This document shows positions 47,691 to 56,804 of a stretch of DNA of 60,852 nucleotides, in pieces. Each line of letters starts with the position of its first letter. Positions within the stretch are counted from its first letter, which is position 1. The position numbers and the translations under genes were made by a program. The DNA is from an uncultured Candidatus Saccharibacteria bacterium (GTDB taxonomy: Bacteria > Patescibacteriota > Minisyncoccia > UBA6257 > 2-01-FULL-56-20), in contig CAZAFA010000004.1 of NCBI GenBank assembly GCA_964484655.1, forward strand, positions 1-60,852. Direction: 5' to 3'. Under the pieces are notes generated by a model, which worked only from the letters and a program-made list of their open reading frames with translations, made no database searches and was not told the origin of the DNA.

Positions 47691-50186
47691 CTACCGCGGC
47701 GCGATCTCCACGCGCGTCCTGACATCGAAGACGCGCACCGTGTCCGTGAGCTCGACGTTCCCGCCGTAGCACGACAGGCGGTACGTCGTCGTGTACGGAG
47801 GCTGGTGTGGCACCGATCCGCGCTCCGTGCCCGTGCCGATCACGCTGCCGCCCTCGGTGTCGTTGCTGACGGTACAGGTCGTCGGCTCGTCGCAGGACCA
47901 GTTCAGCGTCGTCGTCTTCAGCGGCGGCACGAGCAGGGACCGCGGGTTCGCCGCGAAAGTGCACGCTCCCCCTCCGGTGGTGCCGCTCACGACAAGCTCG
48001 GCCTGCCTCGTCAGCCCCGCGTAAGCGGCGGCGACGCCGGTCTCGCCGGCCGCGACTCCGCGGAACCTTCCTCCGCCGAGCGATGCCGCGATGTTCGACG
48101 TAGCGGCCGACCAGGTCGATGCGGCCGTCACGTTCTGTTCCGTCTGGCTGCCGGATCCGTCCGGATCGTAGAACGCCTCGAACGGAGCGATGCCGCCGAC
48201 GGTCGTCACGTTGCGCAGCGGCGAGATGCGCATCGTCGGCGCGGTGGAGGTCGGGTTCCCGGGCGGCTCTACCGGTTCGCCGGTCACGTTGAGACGCGCG
48301 ATGGCCTGCATTCCGGAGTATGACGCGCGCACCTGGGTATTCCCGACTGCGGTCCCGCGCATCCTGCCGGGGCCGACGACCTCGGCGACGCCCGCGGTGC
48401 CGAGCGACCACGTCGAGTCCCCAGTCACTTGCGAGGCCGTCCCCGGGCCGAGCAGGCCGTCAGGGTCGTACCACGAGACATAGTTCGCCTCCGCGCCGAC
48501 GTCGATCAGGCGCAGCGACGGGCTGACCCAGAGCAACGGCTCGTTCGGCGCACCGACGGTCAGGTTGCTGTTGCACGACCCAGGCTGCATGCCCGCCGCC
48601 GAGGCCGCGAAGGTGATGGTCGAGGATCCGGCCGGCGTGTTGGACGCGGTCACCACCGACATCACGATCGTCGCCGATCCGGACGGGCCGATCGAGACCG
48701 TACGCGGCTCGGCCGTGGCGTTCGCGGGAAGCCCGGAGGCCGTGACGGTCACACTCGTCGTCGCCGAAGTGTTCTGGGCGCTGACGGTGACCGGGTACGG
48801 CGCCGTCATACCCGCCGTAACCACCTGCGCCGGCGCCTGGCAGAGGATGCCGATGCTCGAGGTCGAGGTACCGGACACGGAAATCGGGATCTGAGCCTCC
48901 TCGCCGAAGAGATACGGCTCGCTGCTCGCGAGATTGGTCCCCATCTGGAACCTGAGCACGTAATCGCCCGGTGCGCTGGTGCGCAGCTTGAACGGGAAGA
49001 CCGCGCTCACGTTCTGCTGGACCGGAACCGCCGGCGTTTCGGAGATCTCGGTGAGGTAGTACGTGTAAGTCACGCAGGGCTGTCCGGGAGGAGGGGGCTG
49101 AGGCGCTGCCCATGCAGCAGGCACGCCCGCGCGTACGAGCCGCTCGATCCAGGATCCCGGCGCCCGCACGTTCGGATTGGGCGGATCGGGCGGCTCGGGG
49201 CAGATCGTCGCGGTGACCGCCCGCGACGTGTACGTGACCTGGATGACGCGTTCGTACTGGAATGCGGTCGCGGGCGCGTTCGTGCGCGGATCGATCAGCG
49301 TGATGGCCTCCAGGCCGTCGCGACGCATGAGCTTCTCGGTTTGCGAGGTGACGATTCTGGTGAAGGTGCAGCTCGCGCCATCCTCCTGGGGCGGCTCGTT
49401 CACGTTCCAGGAATCGCACTCGCTCGTGCGGCTGAGCTCGGTCAGGGACTGCCAGGCGCGCGAACCGGTGTTACGCATGGTCACCGACGTGTTGCCGTAG
49501 AGCGTCTGCGGGGTCGCGGTCGCCGGAATCGTGGTCGCGACGTAGCGCGCGTCGAGCGTGCTGGGGTCGAGCACGTCGGCCTCGAGACCGATCTTGGCCT
49601 TGTGCACGTCGTGCGTCTTATACGCCCAGCTCGACAGGCCGCCGCCTGCGGCGGTCCATGGCGAATAGGCCATCAGGCCCGAGCCGTCCACCTGGACCTT
49701 GAGCCGCGCATTGCGGATCTGTACGCCGCTCGGCAGCGGCCGGGTCTCGATCCTGACCCTGGCGCAGTTCTGGTTGTCGTTCGAGCTCCCCTCCTGGGCC
49801 CACTCGCCCCAGCCGCCTCCCTGGCTGGCCCAGCCGGACCAGCTGACATTCGTCAGATTATTCCCGCTGCAGCCGTTGTCATCCGAAAGCTGCAGGCCGA
49901 CGCGGAAGTCGCGCGTGAAGCTGCTGCCGGCCGAGAGGCCGACCTTGATACAGTCGAAATCCTTGTTGTTGCCGCCGTCGCCGACGAGCGGCGTCCACCC
50001 GCCGTCCGGATTCGCCGTCGGCGTCGCGCCGGCCTCGCCGCATCCGGAAGCGTTGTCGCCAACGTTGACGGAGACGCTCGGCGCAGGCGCGCTCTGCGCC
50101 TTCACGTACGCTACGAATCCCCCACCGATCGCGAGCGCGAGGACAAGGAGGGAGATGCGAGCGGTCCTGCTGAGATGGGTAAGCAT
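47691..50186 (-). CDS. Large secreted Ig-repeat adhesin-like protein (cassette copy 2)
   Basis: Signal (VKA); Trp/Cys-rich N-domain; two YDPDG Ig-like repeats; C-terminus matches the 921-aa paralog. Confidence 0.75.
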   Translation of the reverse strand: MLTHLSRTARISLLVLALAIGGGFVAYVKAQSAPAPSVSVNVGDNASGCGEAGATPTANPDGGWTPLVGDGGNNKDFDCIKVGLSAGSSFTRDFRVGLQLSDDNGCSGNNLTNVSWSGWASQGGGWGEWAQEGSSNDNQNCARVRIETRPLPSGVQIRNARLKVQVDGSGLMAYSPWTAAGGGLSSWAYKTHDVHKAKIGLEADVLDPSTLDARYVATTIPATATPQTLYGNTSVTMRNTGSRAWQSLTELSRTSECDSWNVNEPPQEDGASCTFTRIVTSQTEKLMRRDGLEAITLIDPRTNAPATAFQYERVIQVTYTSRAVTATICPEPPDPPNPNVRAPGSWIERLVRAGVPAAWAAPQPPPPGQPCVTYTYYLTEISETPAVPVQQNVSAVFPFKLRTSAPGDYVLRFQMGTNLASSEPYLFGEEAQIPISVSGTSTSSIGILCQAPAQVVTAGMTAPYPVTVSAQNTSATTSVTVTASGLPANATAEPRTVSIGPSGSATIVMSVVTASNTPAGSSTITFAASAAGMQPGSCNSNLTVGAPNEPLLWVSPSLRLIDVGAEANYVSWYDPDGLLGPGTASQVTGDSTWSLGTAGVAEVVGPGRMRGTAVGNTQVRASYSGMQAIARLNVTGEPVEPPGNPTSTAPTMRISPLRNVTTVGGIAPFEAFYDPDGSGSQTEQNVTAASTWSAATSNIAASLGGGRFRGVAAGETGVAAAYAGLTRQAELVVSGTTGGGACTFAANPRSLLVPPLKTTTLNWSCDEPTTCTVSNDTEGGSVIGTGTERGSVPHQPPYTTTYRLSCYGGNVELTDTVRVFDVRTRVEIAPR

Positions 50187-50190
50187 GGTT

Positions 50191-50655
50191 CTATTTGTTA
50201 GTGATCGGCCGAGCCGGCGACTGCATCAGCGTTACATTGACCACGGTCTTCCCGCCCCCGATCTCGAAGGCCGTCAGGAGCTGCGTGGCATCCTTCTCGG
50301 CGAGGAGTGTGGCGCGCTGCGGCGGCGTCGCAGTCTCATCGAGAATCGTCCAGCCGTTCTCCTGGAAGTACGCGACGTAGCCAGCCTTGTGTTCCTCGAG
50401 TCCCTCGTCGGTGAGATAGACCTGCGTCCACTGCGCGGAGCGGCCGTCGCCGGCCATGAAGTTCTGTAGGATGGCTCCGTCGCGGTCGAAGGGGAGCCCC
50501 TGCGGGAACACGGAATCGACCTCCTCGAGGGAGGTCGCCTGGCCGGTCTCGACCGGCTTCTCTCTGTGATAGCTCCAGTAGATGCCTGCGACGAGGAGGA
50601 GCACCAACGCCGCTACGGCCGCGGCCCGGACCCGGGTATCTTGGAATCCGTTCAT
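50191..50655 (-). CDS. Small membrane-anchored protein (cassette copy 2 partner)
   Basis: N-terminal TM; FPQGLP...ILQN...VAYFQENGWTI; TATAAT 6 nt before the ATG. Confidence 0.75.
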   Translation of the reverse strand: MNGFQDTRVRAAAVAALVLLLVAGIYWSYHREKPVETGQATSLEEVDSVFPQGLPFDRDGAILQNFMAGDGRSAQWTQVYLTDEGLEEHKAGYVAYFQENGWTILDETATPPQRATLLAEKDATQLLTAFEIGGGKTVVNVTLMQSPARPITNK

Positions 50656-50698
50656 GTGCGCATTATACCATGCGCGCTATCCCCAGATTCCGCGGGCC

Positions 50699-51769
50699 TC
50701 AGATGCGCTCGAGCAGGATGCGCAGCTCGCTCGGGTTGAGCGAGTACGTCTCGGCCACTTCCAACGTCGCCTGCTGGTCGCGCACCAGGCGCGCGAGAGA
50801 GCGGTTGAGCGAGACCATCCCCTCCTGGAGGCTCGTCTCGATGACGAGATCGATCTCGTAGAACTTCCGCTCGCGGATGAGGTTCTTGATGGCGGAATTC
50901 ACGATCATCACCTCGAGCGCCGGGACGCGCCCGCCGCCGTTGCGCGGCACGAGGCGCTGGCTGACGATCGCCACGAGCGTGGAAGCGAGCTGGCTGACCA
51001 CCTGCCCCTGCTGCTCGGGCGGGAACGAGTCCACGATGCGGTCGATGGTCTGCGAGGCGGAGTTGGTGTGCAGCGTCGAGAAGACGAGGTGGCCCGTCTC
51101 GGCGGCGGACATCGCGGTCGCGATGGAGGCCCCGTCGCGCATCTCGCCGATCATGACCACGTCCGGGTCCTGGCGCAGGATGGTGCGCAGGCCGTCGGCG
51201 AAGCTCGCGGTGTCGGAGCCGACCTCGCGCTGGCTGACGATCGCGCGGTCCTGCGCGAAGACGTACTCGATCGGGTCCTCGACGGTGATGATGTGGTCCG
51301 CGCGCGTGTGGTTCACCTCGTCGAGCAGCGCCGCGAGCGTCGTGGACTTGCCGTGGCCGGCGGGGCCGACGAGCAGGATGAAGCCCTGGGTGAGCTTCGT
51401 GAAATCATGCAGGATCGGCGGCAGGCCGAGCTCCTCGACGGTGCGAATCGTGCTCGGCACGAGACGGAGCGCCGCGGCGAGATAGCCGCGCTGGTAGTAC
51501 ACGTTCGCGCGGAAGCGCGCCTTCTCCTCGAGCGTGTACGCGAAGTCCACCTGGCGGTCCCGCTGCAGGATCTCCTTCTGTATCGGCGTGAGGAGCTCCA
51601 TGGTGAGGCCCTCTGCGGCCTCCGGGGTCACGAGGTCGTACTGCTGGAGCTCGATGAGCGCTCCGTCGACGCGGATGGACGGGCGGCGCCCGACGGCGAT
51701 GTGAAGGTCCGACGCGTTCTGCTGCGCGGTCGCGACGAGCAGGTCCGCGAGCTGCTGGCGGTAATCCAT
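50699..51769 (-). CDS. pilT: Type IV pilus retraction ATPase
   Basis: GPAGHGKSTT, EDPIE, RQDPDV, AETGHLVFSTLHT, AIKNLIRE. Confidence 0.95.
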   Translation of the reverse strand: MDYRQQLADLLVATAQQNASDLHIAVGRRPSIRVDGALIELQQYDLVTPEAAEGLTMELLTPIQKEILQRDRQVDFAYTLEEKARFRANVYYQRGYLAAALRLVPSTIRTVEELGLPPILHDFTKLTQGFILLVGPAGHGKSTTLAALLDEVNHTRADHIITVEDPIEYVFAQDRAIVSQREVGSDTASFADGLRTILRQDPDVVMIGEMRDGASIATAMSAAETGHLVFSTLHTNSASQTIDRIVDSFPPEQQGQVVSQLASTLVAIVSQRLVPRNGGGRVPALEVMIVNSAIKNLIRERKFYEIDLVIETSLQEGMVSLNRSLARLVRDQQATLEVAETYSLNPSELRILLERI

Positions 51770-51806
51770 GCGCGCATTGTAGCAGGCGCGCGCCGGCAAC
51801 GCTCGG

Positions 51807-52343
51807 CTACTCGCGTACGACGCGGAAGACGAAGCGGTAATCCGCCGCGCTCGTCGGAACGCCGGCGGCAGGGTACGGGCTCACGTTCATGAGCGTTACG
51901 CTCTCGTTGCCGGTCCTTGCCGTATCCCCGGGCGACAGGACCTGCTCGCGCGTCCCGAGCGCGCTGCTGATGCGCACGTGGACGCGCACGCGTCCGGCCT
52001 GGATGCACTGCACGCCGCTGGGGCAGCGGCTGTCCTCGACGACCGCGAGCGGCGTCACGGCGATGCCGTAGGCAGTTGCGGTCTGGCCCAGCGCGCCGCC
52101 GATGTCGGCCGAACCCTTCTGCGGCTGCGGCGCGACGACTACGGTCCGTGACGGCGGGGCAGCCGCGGGCGCGGGCACGACGACGGTTCCCGGTACGTAG
52201 GCCGTTCCCGGGACGATCCCCCCGACGTAGGCCGTCTGCATCGCGGGCTGGCTCCGCCCGCCGAACAGGAATATGAGGAGGTACGCCGCGCCGGTGAGCA
52301 CGACGACCGCGGCGAATATGGCGAGGGTGGTACGCGTCTCCAT
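51807..52343 (-). CDS. Membrane-anchored protein with a DSRCP-x4-C motif
   Basis: N-terminal TM, Pro-rich linker, EDSRCPSGVQCIQAG. Confidence 0.7.
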   Translation of the reverse strand: METRTTLAIFAAVVVLTGAAYLLIFLFGGRSQPAMQTAYVGGIVPGTAYVPGTVVVPAPAAAPPSRTVVVAPQPQKGSADIGGALGQTATAYGIAVTPLAVVEDSRCPSGVQCIQAGRVRVHVRISSALGTREQVLSPGDTARTGNESVTLMNVSPYPAAGVPTSAADYRFVFRVVRE

Positions 52344-52373
52344 ACCGTCTAGGACGGGCAGGCGCCTGCAGCC

Positions 52374-54101
52374 TTACTCCTCGTTGGTCTCCTTGAGCAC
52401 CTCCTCGAAGAGGACCTGTCCGGCGAGCGCCTTGAGCAGGCCGTCCTGGCGCATGGTCAGCGCGCCCTGCGCCGCGGACTGGTCGCGGATCGCGGAGGCG
52501 GAGGCGCCGGTGGTGACGATCTTCTCGATCTCGCGCGTCATCTTGATGACCTCGTAGAGCGCGACGCGGCCGAGCGTGCCGCGGCCGTGGCACGCGTCGC
52601 ATCCGGGCGAGCGCCAAAGCTTGTACGGCGGCTGCGGCTTCTCGACGTTCGCGGGCATGCGCGCGACCTCGCGCGCGATCTCCTCCGCAGCGGCTGGCGA
52701 GGGGTCCTCCTGCTGCTTGCACGTCTGGCAGAGCCGCCCGACGAGGCGCTGCGCGACCATGAGGTTGAGCGCCGCCGGCAGCAGGAACGGCTCGACGCCC
52801 ATGTCGATCAGGCGCGGGATGACGCCCGCGGCGTCGTTGGTGTGCAGCGTCGAGAGCACGATGTGACCGGTGAGGGCCGCGTTGACCGCGAGATCCGCCG
52901 TCTCGCGATCGCGGATCTCGCCGACCATGATCACGTCCGGGTCCTGGCGCAGGATCTGGCGCAGGCCCGCGGCGAAGTCGTAGCCGATCTCCGGACGGAC
53001 CTGCGACTGGTTCACGCCCTCGACGAAGTACTCCACCGGATCCTCGAGGGATACGATGTTCACCTTCTCCGTATTGATCCGCTGCAGCGCGGCGTAGAGC
53101 GTGGTCGTCTTACCGGACCCGGTCGGACCCGTGACCAGGACCATGCCGTACGGCTCGGCAAGCGCCTCCTCGACGGCCTCGAGGTTGCGCCCGGAGAGGC
53201 CGAGCTCCTCGAAGCTGCGGAGGCCCGTCTCCGGGTCGAGGATGCGGATCGCCATCTTCTCGCCGAGCGGCGTCGGGAAGGTCGCGACGCGAAAGTCGAT
53301 CTCCTTGCCCATGAGGAACGCGCGGAAGCGGCCGTCCTGCGGCACGCGGTGCTCGTCGATCTTGAGCTCGGATCGCACCTTCACCTGCGCGATCATCTGC
53401 TCGCTGATCTCCTTGGGCAGGAGCGCCGCCTGTCGCAGCTCGCCGTCAACGCGGAAGCGGATGCGCAGTCCCTTCTCCTCGGGCTCGAGGTGCACGTCGG
53501 ACGCGCCGCCCTGGATCGCCTCCTTGAGCGTGCGCGCGACGACGCGGATGATGGGCGCGTCGTCCCCGCTCTTTCCTTCTTCCTCGAGGTCTGTCACGCG
53601 ACGCGCCTGCTGCCCGGTCCCGCCGGTCTTCGTCCGGTACGCGTGCACCGCCTCCTGGATGTCGTCCTGGAACGGCGAGTAGGCGCGCATCGCGCGCTGC
53701 CAGTCCCCGGAGCTGACGAGGAAGACGCCGAGGTTGAGACGGTGCTGCCGCGCGAGGAACTTGAGCGCCTCCTGCGCGCGCTGGTCGTCGGGATTGACCA
53801 TGCCTACCACGAGGTTGCTCTCGGTGCTGCTGAGCGGCACGACCTGGTACGTGCGCGCGGTCTCCTCGGGCACGTACTGGAACGCCTTGGTATCGAGCTG
53901 GTCAGGTATGGCGAATCGCGGGACCCGCAGCGCGGCGGACTTGGCGTCCGCGATGGCCCCGTCGTCTACCTTGCCCTCCTTCATGATCACCTCCTCGAGT
54001 GGCAGGCCGCTCTCGGCGGCCGAACGCGCGAGGCGGATGGCCGTCGTCTCGTCGATGAGCCCTGCTCCGCGCAGCGCAGCAAGCAGCTGGTCGCCGCTCA
54101 T
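52374..54101 (-). CDS. pilB: Type IV pilus assembly ATPase
   Basis: N-terminal T2SSE_N domain, PQDGRF, GPTGSGKTT, EDPVE, tetracysteine CQTC/CDAC. Confidence 0.96.
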   Translation of the reverse strand: MSGDQLLAALRGAGLIDETTAIRLARSAAESGLPLEEVIMKEGKVDDGAIADAKSAALRVPRFAIPDQLDTKAFQYVPEETARTYQVVPLSSTESNLVVGMVNPDDQRAQEALKFLARQHRLNLGVFLVSSGDWQRAMRAYSPFQDDIQEAVHAYRTKTGGTGQQARRVTDLEEEGKSGDDAPIIRVVARTLKEAIQGGASDVHLEPEEKGLRIRFRVDGELRQAALLPKEISEQMIAQVKVRSELKIDEHRVPQDGRFRAFLMGKEIDFRVATFPTPLGEKMAIRILDPETGLRSFEELGLSGRNLEAVEEALAEPYGMVLVTGPTGSGKTTTLYAALQRINTEKVNIVSLEDPVEYFVEGVNQSQVRPEIGYDFAAGLRQILRQDPDVIMVGEIRDRETADLAVNAALTGHIVLSTLHTNDAAGVIPRLIDMGVEPFLLPAALNLMVAQRLVGRLCQTCKQQEDPSPAAAEEIAREVARMPANVEKPQPPYKLWRSPGCDACHGRGTLGRVALYEVIKMTREIEKIVTTGASASAIRDQSAAQGALTMRQDGLLKALAGQVLFEEVLKETNEE

Positions 54102-54102
54102 G

Positions 54103-54396
54103 TTAAGGCTGGAACGGGTTCGGGCGACCAGTCTGCGGCGCAGGCATGTCCGGCGCCTGCGGCTTCAGCGTCTGGAACGCCGGGCTCTGCACGACGGCGT
54201 CCGGATCGAGCTTCACGGTCGCGATCGAGTTCACGTCCTTGAGCGAGGTCGGGGTCGCGAGGTTCGGGATGACGTCCGGATGCTTGAAGAAGAGGAAGTA
54301 CGCGCCGACGACGATCACGAGCAGGATGGCTATCCAGATGATCATCCGGATCGTGCCGCCTTTCCCGGTGCGCTCCTGTTCGATGACGATGGCCAT
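54103..54396 (-). CDS. Small PilP-position membrane protein
   Basis: Follows pilO with a TAATG overlap; one TM; ends in GRPNPFQP. Confidence 0.65.
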   Translation of the reverse strand: MAIVIEQERTGKGGTIRMIIWIAILLVIVVGAYFLFFKHPDVIPNLATPTSLKDVNSIATVKLDPDAVVQSPAFQTLKPQAPDMPAPQTGRPNPFQP

Positions 54397-54989
54397 TAGT
54401 TCGATACTTGGTAATAGGTGGCGACGGTGAGGTCCACGGACAGCGGCGCGCCCTGCGTGGTCCCCGGGGCGATGCTGATCGCGGTGACATCCATGAGACG
54501 GACGTTGCTCTCGAGCTTCTCGAGCATCGGCTTGAGGTCCTCATAGCGCGCGGCGAACTTGACCTGGAAGGTCGCGATGCCGAGCGGCCGGACGCTGCCG
54601 GACGGCGTCGAGGTGGCGGCGCTCGGAGCCTGCGCGAGCGAGAGCTGCGGCGTCTGCGCCGTGGTCGAGATGATCTGCACGTTGTATTGGCCCGCGATCG
54701 CGGTCAGCTGGTAGAGCGCGCCGCCGATGTCCGGCGTCGGCGGCAGCACGCGCGAGACCGTCTCCTGGACCTGCGGGTCGGCCTGGTAGCGCTGAATCAC
54801 CTTCTGCGCCGCCTCGATGGACGCGCGCTGCCCGTCCAGGAACTCCTGGCGCGAGATCACCTCGCCACGCACTACCTGCGTCTCCGAGTAGGCCGGGCGC
54901 ACGAACTGGAAGAACACGATCGCCGCCGCCATCAGGCAGACGAGCGTCACCACCATGCTGAAAAGTCGCTTTCCTGCTGAAGTCTGCAT
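54396..54989 (-). CDS. pilO: Type IV pilus alignment protein PilO
   Basis: TM, coiled coil, LPPTPD, ferredoxin-like YEDLKPMLEKLESNVRLMDV. Confidence 0.85.
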   Translation of the reverse strand: MQTSAGKRLFSMVVTLVCLMAAAIVFFQFVRPAYSETQVVRGEVISRQEFLDGQRASIEAAQKVIQRYQADPQVQETVSRVLPPTPDIGGALYQLTAIAGQYNVQIISTTAQTPQLSLAQAPSAATSTPSGSVRPLGIATFQVKFAARYEDLKPMLEKLESNVRLMDVTAISIAPGTTQGAPLSVDLTVATYYQVSN

Positions 54990-54990
54990 G

Positions 54991-55608
54991 CTAAGGAGTG
55001 GCGGGAGCGGCGCTGGGCTCGGGACTAGGCGCCGGGCTGGACGAGAGGGACTGCGACGCGGCCGTGAAAAAGCCCTGGACCACGGTTATCGCGATGTCGA
55101 ACTGGTAACCGCCCGCGAGCGCCTGGCTGTTGCGGAAGTCGACGCGCTCGATGCCGGGACGCGCCTGGAAGGCGGCAACCTGGAGCGCGACGTCGGCCTG
55201 CGTCCGGGCTATGCCCGTGACCTGGATTTGGCGCGAGGCCACGTTCATCGAGACCTTGGTCAGCCGGACCGACTGCAGGGTGCCGTCCTCGATCCAGGAC
55301 AGGAACGCCGGCGTCGCCGTGTGCTTGGCGAGCGCGGTCTTCAGGTTAGCCAGCTGCGAATAGAACGTGAGGATCGCCGCCTGCTGGTCCGCGGGGACCC
55401 TGCGACTGAAATCGCTGATCTCCTGGTCGAGCCCGCTGACCTGCTTCTCGAGGTAGGGGTGATAGCCGAACGTGATGCCGAAATACACCACGACCGTCAG
55501 GACGAGGAGCATGATCGCGAAGCCCATGAGCTGCCCGAACCATGCGGGAGAACGGGGGGCGCGCTCGACGACCTGCGCGTACGACGGCTGCTGCTGCGGG
55601 AGCGCCAT
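54991..55608 (-). CDS. pilN: Type IV pilus alignment protein PilN
   Basis: TM, coiled coil, fimbrial-assembly-like domain; lies between pilM and pilO. Confidence 0.75.
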   Translation of the reverse strand: MALPQQQPSYAQVVERAPRSPAWFGQLMGFAIMLLVLTVVVYFGITFGYHPYLEKQVSGLDQEISDFSRRVPADQQAAILTFYSQLANLKTALAKHTATPAFLSWIEDGTLQSVRLTKVSMNVASRQIQVTGIARTQADVALQVAAFQARPGIERVDFRNSQALAGGYQFDIAITVVQGFFTAASQSLSSSPAPSPEPSAAPATP

Positions 55609-55642
55609 GCACCAACTATATCACATCAGGCAGGGCGATCCG

Positions 55643-56722
55643 TCACGAAACGGCAGGCAACGCGAGGCCGAGCGCGAGCGCGAGCGACGGATTGAGATCC
55701 GGCAGGAGCGGCTCGACGCCGGCCGGGTACTCGAAGCGGTACAGCGGCGCCGCGCGCGAGACCGGCAGCTGCAACGCGTTGCCGAGCTGTGCCTCGATAC
55801 CGCGCAGGTTCGCTCCCGCGCCGGTGAGGAGTACGCGCTCGATGCCGATACGGCGCTGGAAGCGCGACTCGAACGTGTAGATCGCCTTGCGGATCTCGCC
55901 GAGGACCGCGTCCACCGCCGGGAGCGCGACCGCGGCGAGGTCGCGTCCGGCGCCGTCGCCTACGATGCCGTGCGCGTGCTTGAGCGCGTCCGCGCGAACC
56001 GGGCTCAGGCCGAGCGCGCCGGACAGGGCCTGCGTGACGAGGTCGCCGCCGATGTCCGCCTGTTCGGCGAAGATAAGCTGCCCCCGCTCGGCGACGAGGA
56101 TGCCGGTCGAGAGGGCCCCGATATCGAGGATCATGGTCGTGGTCTGGTCCGGCCCTACCGCGCCGCGCACGAGCGCGAGCTGCTCGATCTCGATGGCCGC
56201 CAGCGAGAGCCCTGCGGCCGCGAACGCCTCGCGGCAGTGCGCCACGTACTCGTTCGGGACCGCGTTGAGCATGACGATGTCGTGCGCCGCGCCGACGTTC
56301 GGCCGGATCTCGCCGACCTTCAGCCACTGCAGCGCGACCTCGCTCAGTGGCACGGGGATATAGGAGCGCGCCTGGAACGTGAGCGCCTGCTCGAGCTCGC
56401 GCTCCTGCATCTGGGGCAGGTCGAGGATCGCCGTGAAGTTCACGAACGGCGGAACCGACGCGATAGCCGAGCGGGCAGAGAACTTGCCCTTCTCGAGCGC
56501 GAGCTTGAGCAGCTCGGTCAGCTGGCCCGGCGACAGCTTCACGCTGCTCGACTGGATCGCGCCGGTCGAGCGAAGCAGACGCGCCTGGTCCTCGAGGAGC
56601 GCGTAGTTGACCAGCGAGGGCAGCTGCTTGCCCCGCGCGAGCTCCACGACCTTGAGCGAGGCCGTCCCGATATCGACGCCGAGCGTCGCGCTCGGCTTCA
56701 TGAAGTTCCCGAAGAAGCTCAT
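55643..56722 (-). CDS. pilM: Type IV pilus assembly protein PilM
   Basis: Actin-like GVDIGTASLK, ILDIGA, LLTGAGA; start set 8 nt after TATACT. Confidence 0.93.
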   Translation of the reverse strand: MSFFGNFMKPSATLGVDIGTASLKVVELARGKQLPSLVNYALLEDQARLLRSTGAIQSSSVKLSPGQLTELLKLALEKGKFSARSAIASVPPFVNFTAILDLPQMQERELEQALTFQARSYIPVPLSEVALQWLKVGEIRPNVGAAHDIVMLNAVPNEYVAHCREAFAAAGLSLAAIEIEQLALVRGAVGPDQTTTMILDIGALSTGILVAERGQLIFAEQADIGGDLVTQALSGALGLSPVRADALKHAHGIVGDGAGRDLAAVALPAVDAVLGEIRKAIYTFESRFQRRIGIERVLLTGAGANLRGIEAQLGNALQLPVSRAAPLYRFEYPAGVEPLLPDLNPSLALALGLALPAVS

Positions 56723-56804
56723 ACGCAGCGAGTATAGCAACGTTTTCATGCCCGCCTCATGCCACGTGCACCGGCGTCTGGCCGCGCGCGCGTACCCTGC
56801 CGGC

